64,000 nt of DNA from Lophium mytilinum (lineage: Eukaryota), in the NCBI GenBank assembly GCA_010093605.1, contig MU004195.1:1007566-1071565 (forward strand), given 5' to 3'. The position numbers and the translations under genes are program-made. The notes below the pieces were generated by a model. The model did not search any database. It saw nothing but the letters and a program-made list of their open reading frames with translations, and was not told where the DNA came from. Positions 27,920-39,180 of this stretch are shown here, piece by piece. How positions within the stretch are numbered: position 1 is the stretch's first letter; every line of letters starts with the position of its first letter.

Positions 27920-28174
27920 ATCGACGCAGCGGCGTGCGCGCGCGTGTTCTATAGGCTGCACCCGCCCCTGCGCATCTTCGTCGTCAAGCTCGGCGATGGG
28001 ACGATCTCGGGTCGGCAGATGCGCTGTCGGGCTACGGACGATATGGAGGGGGGACCGCGGCTGGATTGGGCTAGGAGACCGGTAGCAGTAGTCGAGGGCG
28101 TGCGCGTCGAGTCTGAGCGCGCGCCTGAGCCGCCGGCTTTCGGGGCTGTGAAGAGGGGGAAGCGGTTCCGCTGA
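27920..28174 (+). pseudogene. Diverged duplicate of the F-box gene C-terminal ~66 codons
   Basis: IDAAACARVFYRLHPPLR...RRPVAVVEGVRVE aligns without gaps to VDPEVCARVFKSLHPPLR...RRSVAVVDRVRIE (27482-27679); 30/66 identities by hand count. Confidence 0.8.
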
Positions 28175-28573
28175 TGGCGTAGCGAGACGGCGTGTTATGT
28201 GTGCAAAGCTAGAGAGGGTGCGGGAGAGGTGGCGGGGTGGTTCTAGAAAGGGTGATGAGATTGTTTCGCGGAGTGGTGTGAAGGAGGGCCCTCTGTGGTC
28301 GATTTTTCTAGGTCGGATACTTGAAATATTCTGAAAGGGCGTAGGGTGGTAGAGCAAAGAAAGAGCGAGATGCGTAGGCCTTAACTGAAGAAAATCGTGA
28401 TAGCAGAAGAATGATAGCAAACGAGTGATGGCATTAGTGTTTGCAGGGCTTAACTGAGTCTGAGCTCCCTAAACTACCTCAGCCAGCTATCAAACCCGTC
28501 GCCAGTACTACTTAGCCTTTTGAACGCCACCAATGCGCATATCACCTTTCCTCATCTTTACTCATTCCAACCC

Positions 28574-30685
28574 CTACTTCTTCTTCTTCGTCTTATCCAC
28601 CACCTCCACCCACCCCCTCAGCACCCCCCTCCTCTCCAGCGCCTTAAACACCGCATCCTTCTGCGGCCCCTGCACCAGGATCTCCATAACCGGATTCTTC
28701 GGACTACTCCCCATCAACTTATCCACACTCGTGCTACTCGCACACGCCTTCCGTAGTTCATCCGCTAAATCCTGCGGCTGGATAAAGAACGGCTCAACGC
28801 CATGCACCTTCGTCACCGTCTTGCTGCCCGTGCGCGTCTCGAGAACAATCTGGATCTTGGGCGGCGCGCCCGCTTTTGGCTTGGGGTGGTCGCTAGAGGG
28901 GGCAGACTCACGGACGATGACGTGGAAGGGCGCGGAGGCGGCGACGAAGCGCTCGGCGAGCGCGTCTCGTGGGATAGCGCCGGCGGCGAGGGCTTGGGAG
29001 TCGAGAGCGGAGTTTGTGAAGAGAGTGTTTGCAATGAGGGGGTTGAGGGTTATAAGGCGCTTGTTCTTGGGGGAGACGAGGTTCTCGGCCTCGATGTAGG
29101 CGCCGAGGATGGATTTGAGCTCGGATGCGGGATAGTAGCTTCGAGAGTCGGAGCCAGAGGGGGCGAAGATAGGGGCGAGTTTGTCTTTCGCGCGGAGGAG
29201 GGATTGGATTTTGAGTTTCTGGCCTATGGAAGGGTCGGAGGAGTCTGTTGGAGCGGAGGGGGCTTTGCCGTTAGTAGCTGGAGCAGAAGCGGGAGGGTCT
29301 TTTCTGGGTAGTCGATACGGCTTGAAGGATGTGAAGGCGTCGTCTGTGAAGTCGATGTCGAGGATGACGACTTGGTTTCCATCTCGGTCTTTGGACTTGA
29401 GCATCTTGGTCTTGTCGAGGGATTTGATGAACTTCTTGATGTTCTTCCAGCTCGTCTTCTTGATTTGAAGCGATGCTGCTCGGGCGGGGGTATACGCTGG
29501 TAGGAAAGGCTGGACTAGAGTCGACATAACGATGGATTGGGACAGAGGGAATTCGAGGCCATAACTGGGCAGGTTCTTGTTGGTCTTCATGTGGTGTGTG
29601 ACACCGTAGAGGAAGGCGTCTCGGAAAGCCTCGTCGATCTCTGTATCGTCTGTCAGCAACAACGAAACAAAATGCACGGAATAGAACATGATTATGTCCC
29701 TTACCCTTCTGACTCAACTCCCTATCCTCCAACACATCCACAAACCCCTCATTCGCCGGCACATCCTCCCCTTCCACGCCCTGCTCTCGCTCCGCCTTCG
29801 ACCGCTCAGCACTCAACTCCACACCCCCCTCCTCATCCCCATCCTCCAACTCCATCTCCTGCGCCTGCTGCACCAACTCCCCATCCTCCCCACCCACATC
29901 CCACCCCTCCAAATGCTCCGGCGCCAGCCCACCGGGCCTTCCCCCAGAGCTCCACGCCCATATCTCATCGCCCGCCCAATGAAACGTCTGCACCGCATGC
30001 CCCTTCGCCCCCTGCACCTTCTGCAACGCACTAACATCAATCTCACACCTCCCCACCACCATCGGCACCGTCGGGCTCTCTAAGCTCGCAATCGCCACCA
30101 CCGCGCCCTGCTTCGCCTTTGCTGGGAACGGCGGCCCGCGCTGCAAGCCCGGCGTCATGAGGTCCGCGCCGCTCTGCAGCTTCTCGACGACGGCGTGGGG
30201 CGTAAAGAGGAGGGGGAGGATGCCGGGGTTGCGCCATAGCGTGTAGACTGCGTCACACAGTTCGAGTTAGTGGGTTGCTGTGTCGAGTTGAGGGTGGGGG
30301 ACGAACTGGTGGGGTACAGCTTCTCCTCGACCTTGACCCACAGGATACGCTGCTCTTCGCCGTCGTGGGCGCCGACGTACACGGTGCCGGAGACCTGCTT
30401 GAGGTCCGGGCCCGCGGTGGTTGTGAATCTCGCCGATTGCGCGTTCTCGGGGAGGAGAGAGCGTCGGAGAGCTGTGAGGGCGGCTACCGATGCTGCTTTG
30501 TCCTCCCCTTCTGCTTCCCCATCGTTTTGAATTGGAAGGGCGATGCCAAAGTCGGCTATGATGCTGTCGGCGGTGCGGCGGCGGTCGGAGGATTTGAGAG
30601 GGGAGAGGGGTTTGATCTAGGGAAGTTTAGCAGAGATTGGGAATGGGCGGTGGATGCTAGGTACGTTTGGCTTCTTTTTGAACAT
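28574..30685 (-). CDS. TMA64: Translation initiation factor eIF2D/ligatin (PUA, SWIB-like and SUI1 domains; Tma64 homolog), 4 predicted exons
   Basis: Start MFKKKPN, then IKPLSPLKSSDRRR, GADLMTPGL (PUA) and a C-terminal SUI1 region KTVTKVHGVEPF...ASSTSV...EILVQGPQ; GT-AG introns. Confidence 0.9.
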
Positions 30686-32152
30686 GTTGAAGGCGCGTAT
30701 GGTGGTGTTTGGATTTGTTTGCCTGCAGGAGCTCAAAGCTCGAGATGACTGTTTTCGAGGTGACGTTGGAGGGGCAGGTTGGGCTATTTTGATTGGCTCA
30801 GCGGAAAGAATTAGGCACAACCTCACAGCGTCTATCTGAGTAACACTTGAAGAGATTCAGATTCACTTACGTTTGTATACAGTAGTTTAGCACCCCTTGA
30901 GGTACGCTGGCACATCACCAAGAGTAGGAAAGGTTATCATGTATCAATGAGGTTTTTTATAATGGATTCCAACTCCCTCCAATTCATATTCTTACACTTT
31001 CTTAAAAGCTATGCTGAAGTCGGGGTCAGACCAATGTAAAGAAGTCTCAGCCGTTTCAATCATACCAAGTATCACTCCAAAGACACAGAGATTTGGAATA
31101 TTGATTCCATTGATCATAGATACCTAACTACCCAAGCACCACCGACCTACTAGCCAAGTATCAGCCAATCCACCAAATCCAACCTCAACAAAGTGATCAG
31201 ATCGCAGTATCCAGCCAAAAGTAAGCCCGCAGGTCAGTCAAGTCAAGAGTAAACCCAGCCATACCATCCATCCAAACCCAATCCGTCAAAGTAGTCCTCA
31301 AGAGAAAAAAGCAAAGAATCCTGCCACAGCAGCAAAGAGCCGCATCCGTCAGAGTCACACCACAATGGTCGTAGTAGTGTACTCCAATCGCAAGGATCCT
31401 CCCAATTTTTCAAGATCGTTTGCAGAAAGAGTAAAGTGAAAATCACAAGGAGCCGCCGACCTTGTATGTTCAGAGAGTAGTAAGGAAAAAGAGAGTTAAG
31501 AAAAAGGAAAGGTATTCAAGACCCTCAAGTAAGAAGCAGACCTATCCATGGTGAGGCCGCTCCTGAACAGCTTCAAGCTGTTTGATGAGGATTTTCCATA
31601 TGCAATGCTCGCAGTGACCGCAGGCCGAGGAAAGAAAAAGCAAGTAGCAAAGACAACAGCAGAAGAAGCAAAATGGGTGCAGTTAGTCCGATGTCGGAAT
31701 GGGGAAGGGTGAAAAATCCAGGTAATGCAGGTGATAATGTTGTCGTTTGCCGGGGAATGGTTTTGTACAAGCAGATCCATGAAGCCATGTAGAAGAAAGT
31801 GTGCTGACCAGTCCGAGCGACTGAGCCAGTCCGGTACGCCCCCCATGCCTCGTTAGTATACAGGAGGATGCAGTGATGGTCGCCAGGGAATCGCCGCTTT
31901 TCCGATCGATAAGGGAAAGCTTGCTGGATCTAGTGGTGACAGCGGCCGTAAAAGTCGTAAAGGTGCTGCGCTCTCGTTTGATTCCCGGAAGATGATGCAA
32001 GATCCAGACAGGAAAGAAAGGAAGGTCTCCTGACATCATGATGGTTTTTGAGGGAACAGGTTTTTTGGACGAGCTTGCTATTTTGGATCCAAGGAGAAAG
32101 GAGCCGTGAATCATAGAGAAGTTCGTTACGTCGTGACGAATTGGAGACGAAC

Positions 32153-35100
32153 TCAGAAGAAGCTCTGCTGACTGGAAGAAGATCCCTGGCCGCTGCCATA
32201 GTAGCCCTGGTGTACAGTGTTTTGGAGATGGCTAGGCAGAGGCGGGTTGGACAGACGATGCGGCTGTGGGGAAACGATGTTAGCTCCATAGGCGTTGCCA
32301 GCGGTGGCGTACATCGGGGGAGGGCTGTAGTACGAGGACACAGCGGAATGCTGTCCAGTAAAGGCAGGAGGGGACTGGCTGGCAGCGATAGAGTGCGGGG
32401 AGACTTGACCAGAAGTATGGCCTGAGACACGTCCGAGGGCAATCTCGCGCTCCTGAACCTTGCTCTGGATGCGACGACCATAGGGAGTCTGGCGGATCAA
32501 GGCCAGGTATGGGCGGATAGCGTCGACGAGCTGGATGGTCTGGTCGTGAGGAGCATACTCGAGAGCAGTCTGAACGACGTAGTTGGCGAAATTGTCGCGA
32601 AGAAGCTTCTCAAGCTCGTTGGGGTCGAGCAGCTCATCGATCATGATGCGCTTGGTCTCGGGGTCCGCGACGCGGATGCACTTCTCGATGACATTGGAGC
32701 TGAACTTCTGTTTGGACAAGGGGGCGACCTGACCACGGAAGCCCAAGCAGAGAGGTTGGGTAAAGTCAGCCTCGTTCAGATCAAGGATGTACTGAACGAC
32801 GTAGTTGCCGAAGGGATCCTGGACCAGAGCGATGCTGTTGGCAGTGATCTGGCGGACAAGCTTGACCTTCTGCAGACCGGAAGCGTGGTCGATGCAGCGC
32901 TGAAGGACACAGCAGCCGTGGCGGTGGGTACCCACGATGATGCAATGCTCTCCGACCGCGTCGAAGATGAACTGGGCGTCCGCAGCCTTGAGGTGGTTCA
33001 AGCACTTCTGAATGACATGGTTGCCGTTCAGATCCTGGATGAGGTGCACAACGCGACCGCTAAGGTGCTTGATGATCACATCAATCTAGTAGAGTTAGCA
33101 AGAGTAGTCAGACAGGAGAGTGGGAAGGACATACCTGTTCACGAGTGGAGATGAACTCAATCATCTTCTGCAGAGCGCGAGTTCCATGCTGGTTCAGAGC
33201 GATCTGAACAATGGAGGGAGCCGCATTCTTGACCAGAACAGTGCGCTGCTCATCGTTCGTGTACTCCAACAGCTTCTGGCACAGGTAGTTGCCGAAGGGA
33301 TCTACGAAATAGTTAGTGAAAGGTAGTCAAGAAGCAGAAGACAGAAGAACTTACCAGTCATCAGCTCGATCACGAAAGGGTTGGTCTCGCGGAAGATGAT
33401 CTCCAGATGCTCGGGGTTCTTGCCCTCAAGCTGCTTCTGCAGGAATCGGCAGCCATGCTGGTCCTTGCAAAGCTGGTGGATCTCGTGGCCAGACATAGTC
33501 TTGAGATCAAGATGGGCGAATCGGTTTTGATCTAAGAAAGAAATTAGTACAGGCGATCTCCAGAAGTCAACAAAACTAAATCTCGCAAGTGTACCCTCAC
33601 CGTTCTGCATGCGACGATTCTGAATGACTCGAGCCTGAGAATCCTGGAAGCGACCTTGAGGTCCGTAGTGGTGCTGGTAAGACTGAGGACCAGGACCGTA
33701 CTGGTTGTAGGGGCCCTGCTGGTACATGCCAGGCTGGTAGTTCATCTGCGGAGCACCGAGCTGCATACCCTGGAAGCCCATGTTGAGCATGTTCATGCCA
33801 TTGGGCATACCGTTGGAGCCATTGTTGTAGCTGCCATAGCCACCGTAGGCCGAGGGGGTGTTGTACTGCGAAACCGGAGAGGTGATGGCGTTCAAGGTAG
33901 TCATGGTAGACACGCTCGGGGAGGACGTGATTGGTGCGTTGAAGGGAGCAGCGCTGGCGTGCAGGTTCGAACGAGGCTGCTGGCGATACGGAGATTGGAG
34001 AGTCAACTCCTGCTCCTGGACGCGACCGTTGCCGTAATCCTGGCTCTGGCGATGGTTGGGAAGGCGACCCAGGCTGGCATTGTGATTGTGGAGGTGCTGC
34101 TCAGCGTGAGTGTTGAAGGCGCCGGAGCCATTGGAGAGGCCATTGTTGCCGTTGCCATTCTTCAAGGTAGGGATGTCGTTGGTCGAGTACGAGGCCTGCA
34201 ACTTCGGGAGACCATTGGTTGACGCGCCGTTGGTGGTGATCGACTGGAAGCTGGAGCGCTGGGACTCAGTGCTGCTGTACGGGCTGAACTTGGACTCCAT
34301 AGAGTGGCGGTTGACAGACTTCTTGGGAGTGGTCTGCTGAGCAACCTCGCCGAAAGCACCATTGCCAAGCTCATACTCCTCCGGCTGGGTGGTCCTGCTG
34401 AAGGTGTTGACGGGCAAGCTGAGCTGCGAATGATGACGATGGGTAGTGGAGGGCGCGTTCCAGCCGTTGTCGCGAGAATCCGAGGAAGACTGCTGCGAGG
34501 TGGCAAGATCCAGAGCGTACTTACCATGCTCGCCACGGAGCATGACGGGGAACTTAGTCTGGTCGTGGTCCATCTGCTTGAGGAAGGTGCTCTCTGGTGA
34601 GGTCACAGAGCGGAGACCATTGCGATCGTGGCCATCCTCGTCGCGAAACAGGAAGTTGGTCGTATCGACCTGTCCGAGGACATGGTTCAGGCCAGGCAGG
34701 TCAGCCTGCATGTTGCCCTGAAGACCGCGCTGTTCCTGCGAAGTGACAGGCATGGAGAGACGATTCAAGCTATCGCGGACGTTAGAACTAGTCGTGCAGG
34801 CTTTTGAAGCGCCAAACGCGAAGGAATGAAGTGACGTGAGTAAGGAATGCAAAGTAAAGATGGTGTAGGAAGAAGGAAGAAGGTGGGGGTTACACGACGT
34901 TAAGTACGTAGTCGAGGACCAGGCAAGATCCGATAACAGATAAGAGGTGAAGGTGCAAGTGAGGAGTGAGATTGAGGCTGCGAGCGGAAAGAAGGATAGA
35001 TGGTGCAAAGCCGAAGGCCAAAATCTTGCCAGGCACATGATGAAGGTAGAAGTGAAGTTGAAACAGCGGTGAGAACAGAGGCGCTTTGAAATGGAAAAAG

Positions 35101-36491
35101 AAAATGGAGACGTACGATCGAGGAGGGGGCGGGCTCATCATGGACATGTAGCGGGCGTGGTCGTAGCGATCTTCGTTCTCCTCGTCGGAGTTGCGACGCG
35201 AGCCGGGCATAGACTTCGAAGGGAGCAGGGAGCTAGTCGAAGTCGCGGTGGTCTGGGCAGAACCAGAGCGGCTCTGGCGGTTGGCCATGCCAGTGGGAGC
35301 AGTGAAGCCGTTGAGGGCTCCGTTGAGGGCTCCGTTGAGGGTAGAGTTCAGGGAGAATCGATTGCTGCCGGGGCGTGAGAACTGGGTAGGGAATCCGTGG
35401 TCGTGGAACTCGGGGGGAGTAGTGGGCTCGGACTGATGGCCTTGGCCAGAGAAGCTAGATCGGCCCATCTCGCGGGTGACTTCGTCGGAGTCGGCGTTGA
35501 GGCGGTTTTCGTAGAGAGCCATCTCTGCGTCGAAGCGTCTACGCTGTTCGCGAAGATATTCGAACTCGAGTTTCTTCTTTTCAATCTGGGAGGAGGCGTT
35601 AGCATCTGATTGAACTGAGAAGACGAAGAAAGCGGAGTCTGCGAGCAGGTCTGAAGTGGTGGAAGGATGGGACTCTTGGAAGCCGAAAGACGGCCAGCGG
35701 AGTGGGAAAGACGGTGGAGACGAGATCTTTAAGCAAATCAACAGATCTTCGCAGAGAAGACTGCAGACAAGCTGAGGAAGCCCGAGAGGGAGGATTCGTA
35801 GGTGGAGTAAGAGTCGAAGAGAGGCTCTTGGGCGAGTATCAGACCGCTCGTGCGAGATCTGGTGGAGGAAGAGGAGATCTCGGGGTACTTACAACCTGTA
35901 ACTTGTGATAGGTCTGTTCCCAGAAGATGTTAGCTCTAGTATCAATGTTTTCACGAAGCAGGCAGGCAAGCAGGCAGGACGACAGTTGATGATGTGAGGA
36001 AGGTGGAAGGAGGTGGGCAGCTGGCAATATATATGACAGACACAGGCGAGAAAAAGCCCGGGCCACTCGTGAGTGAAGGTGGCGGCCAGTTTGGCCAGTT
36101 TCCAGGCGCCTTTGGAGAGTGAAGTGACTAGCGTCTTATTGTTCCCCTCTCACACAATAGCAACACAAGCAATTGCCCGGGGAAGTGTAGGAAACGCGGT
36201 CTCTCGGCTTACCGCGGTGGTGAACTCTGCGGGCTCGGCGGCCTGGCGACGCTGCTGGCCAATTGGCGACAACGGGGTGCTCTGCAGCGTGGGCACGGTA
36301 TTTGTGGTGAAGCGACGGTGGAGAGTAGCCCGGGCGTCATTCACCTGCTGGGCATTGTGGCCTTGCAACTGGCTGCCCACGCCGCGGAGGGGACTCGTGA
36401 TGGGCGGGAACGACGAGTCGTCGCGCGGGGATTGGGGGTTGCGGAAGCGCAGGTCGTCCTGGCGGTCTCCCAGGCCGGTGGAGAAGGCCAT
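32153..36491 (-). CDS. PUF4: Pumilio-family RNA-binding protein, Puf4/Mpt5-like (multi-exon, including a 21-nt microexon at 35893-35913)
   Basis: PUF repeats CKDQHGCRFLQK, DPFGNYLCQK, QDLNGNHVIQK, THRHGCCVLQR, QDPFGNYVVQY, KQKFSSNVIEK, RDNFANYVVQT after a long low-complexity N-terminus; the CVLQR repeat-5 pattern fits the Puf4/Puf5 clade. Confidence 0.9.
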
Positions 36492-39180
36492 GGTGGTCTA
36501 TATGGATGTGGGCTGGCAGAGAGAAAAGAGTCAGCGCTGGGTTCCGTGGTTGAGTCTCGAGTCAACCGCGTATTGGGATGCGAGGTTGGCAGCGGTGTGG
36601 AGGCACGAACAGCTACGACAGCGGCCGCGCAGCACTCGAGGGATATGCGACAGGCTCGAGGGACCGAATACTCACAGAGGAACGCGGATAGAGGGCGGCG
36701 CCCTGGTTGAAGCTTCTGGGCAAGCAGTGGTGGTGTCTGAGGTGGTCGTAGTTACGACGAGGTGGGAACGCCGTCGCGCTGGGGTTCAGTGGGCTCCAAG
36801 TGCCCCGTGCGGACTCTCACGCTGTTCAGGCCTCAGGATGGCCAGCACTCGAAAGGACAGGGCGGCGATTTGGGGGAGGGTATGCAAACTACAAATACAG
36901 TACAATATGTGGGTTGAGGACAGTCACGTCGCCAGCGGAGGGACCCTAGATTTCCTGCAAGCCATAGGAAAGAGCGGCGGACCGCCCTAATCCCCGCGCG
37001 CTCCTACTTGTGCAGCAGTAGCAGCCTCACCACGTCCTCAACCACGGCCGCATAGCTAATTACCACTCCACCTGCGTACGCCTGGAGCCGTCCGCCTTCC
37101 AATATTCACGTCCCTTGGACCACTCCCGTCTCGAGCCTCGAGATATTGGAAACCCCCGCCGCCGAACAGCCTCCGCCGCATTCTGACAGGCAGCATTCTG
37201 GGCCTCGACGTCCCATGTCTGTCTAGAGGGGGGAAGCCGGGCCTCAGCGTACCGGCCACTCACAGCGGCCAATTCAACGTCATCCTGTGCACTCGGAGTG
37301 CCAGCAGCGGCCCCAATGGCACGACGCAGATCTCTGCGAGCCTGGCCAGCGAGGCAGCATGCCAAAGATATGGGCCTCCGCCATCGCGCCCCGGTTCCGA
37401 CGGGAGGCGGACGAAGAGAGGGGCAGATGCATAGAGCAATTCGAGGGTCCACAGTTGGCATGCAGATGCCCGTGTCCAAGTCCTCTCCGCCCCTCGAGTT
37501 CAGCAGCAGCTGGCTGTCTCCACGCACGCTTGAAGCGCCAGTCACAAAATCAAGAGCCAGCAAGTGCTTCGTCAAGCGAGTCAAGTTTGCTGCCCGTACC
37601 GACGTTGACAGCAAGCGCCCACTGTGTGACCCCCCGCCCTCTCACTCCCCGGCCGCGCATCTAGGACCCATCCCATGGCACGCCCAGCGCTCTCTGCGGC
37701 TGCAGTTCCAGTTTCGTTGAGGGCTTCGCGCTGAACGCCTCCGCCCCGACCCCGGAGTGGAGAGGCCTCGAGGCGTGCAGCGTGCAGGCGGCCCCTCTGT
37801 AGCCGCACAAACGTGATCCTTCACCGCTCCTCAAACCAGACAACCGCCATGTCGTTTCCGCCGAAGCACGCTGTCGGGCCCTGGACTAGCCCCGAACAGC
37901 CCTAGCTCTGGCCCGCACCGACCGGCGGACATGCCGTTATCGATAGCGATGTGTTTCAGAAGCGGCTGGGCGGGTGGGCCAATAAGAGGGGAAGTGACAG
38001 CGCTGTGGTGAGAGGTGACGAGTTGCGGAGGGGCACCTTGCTCCAGCGCTACCTAATCAATGCTCTGACGAGACGCATGAATATAGCAGAGTATTCGCTA
38101 TCTGAACCTTCTTTATTACGCTTTTCTGTTGCAGCATTGCAGCCTCAGTTTCACCCCTCACGTCCTACGCCCCGCCGCCTCATCTCCTCCCCCTCCCAAC
38201 CCACGCCCCACCAGAGGCGGAGAATCCCAGCACCCAGAACCCAGGGCTCTCTCAGTCGCCGACCGCGCTGGTTCGACTTCGGCTTGACGCTGAGCCGGCG
38301 CGAACCTGTGGCCGGCTCCCGTGCCGGCCGATGTCGCCATGCCATCCCTGGCCTGGCCTGGCCTGATCTAGTCACGGGAGATTCCACTACCGTTCGTTAA
38401 GGTTTGTGGTTCGCATGCTTAGATAAGGTATATCTAGAATATTTAGAGAGACATCGGTCTGTGGGTCTGCAAGAAACGCGCATACAGGTGTTCGCATTAG
38501 ATCTATTGATAGCAGCCGCTTTAGTGCTGTCTCAACGACGTGTGTGCTGCGAGATAAAGCGGGCGTAAATTCATTTTAAGCTTTTAGCAGACTTCTTGGA
38601 CTGCAGTAGCCGCATGAAAATACCTACAATGCGCCTGCCAAGAAGAGTATAGAAGACACGTACTATTTCAGGCCACGCATTTCGGCAAGAATTTTGTGCC
38701 TTATGGACCAGACTGAGATCAGAACTATATAAAAGCACACCTTGGCAAGCTGCTTTTACCTTGCGTGTTCGAGCGCATCAAGTCACTCCTAGGTACATAT
38801 CAACCAAATATGTGCGGCCGCCTGACAGCTCGGATCCAGGCCCGCTGTCACAATGATACGTCTATTGATTAGATAGGAGTTCGTCGTTTTCAAAAGTAAA
38901 CAAATTTTCTAGGGAGTGCCTCCGACATCAGTGTGCTTCGGCATTTTATTTGGGGATCAAACAAGGATCGCAGTTCTGGAGACCGCGAGGTGAGCCTGTT
39001 TTTGAATCCCCACAATTTAATTGCTTAGCTGCTGTCAAGAATGCTCCGAAATTCAGGGGCGTCATCGAGAAATAAAATAAGATGTAGAATTACAAGAATA
39101 AATAGTAGATCTGGACCATTTTGACACCGGAAAGAATGCGTCAACGCACCGCTCAAAACACGAAAAAGAGATGTTGTGTC

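Noticed and set aside
36073..38400. Long GC-rich ORFs (e.g. 36073..36990 +, 37060..37614 -) as genes
   Set aside because: Antisense to or upstream of PUF4, no recognisable domains; expected by chance in GC-rich DNA.
38823..38850. Small inverted repeat tgacagc...gctgtca
   Set aside because: 7-bp arms are within chance expectation.
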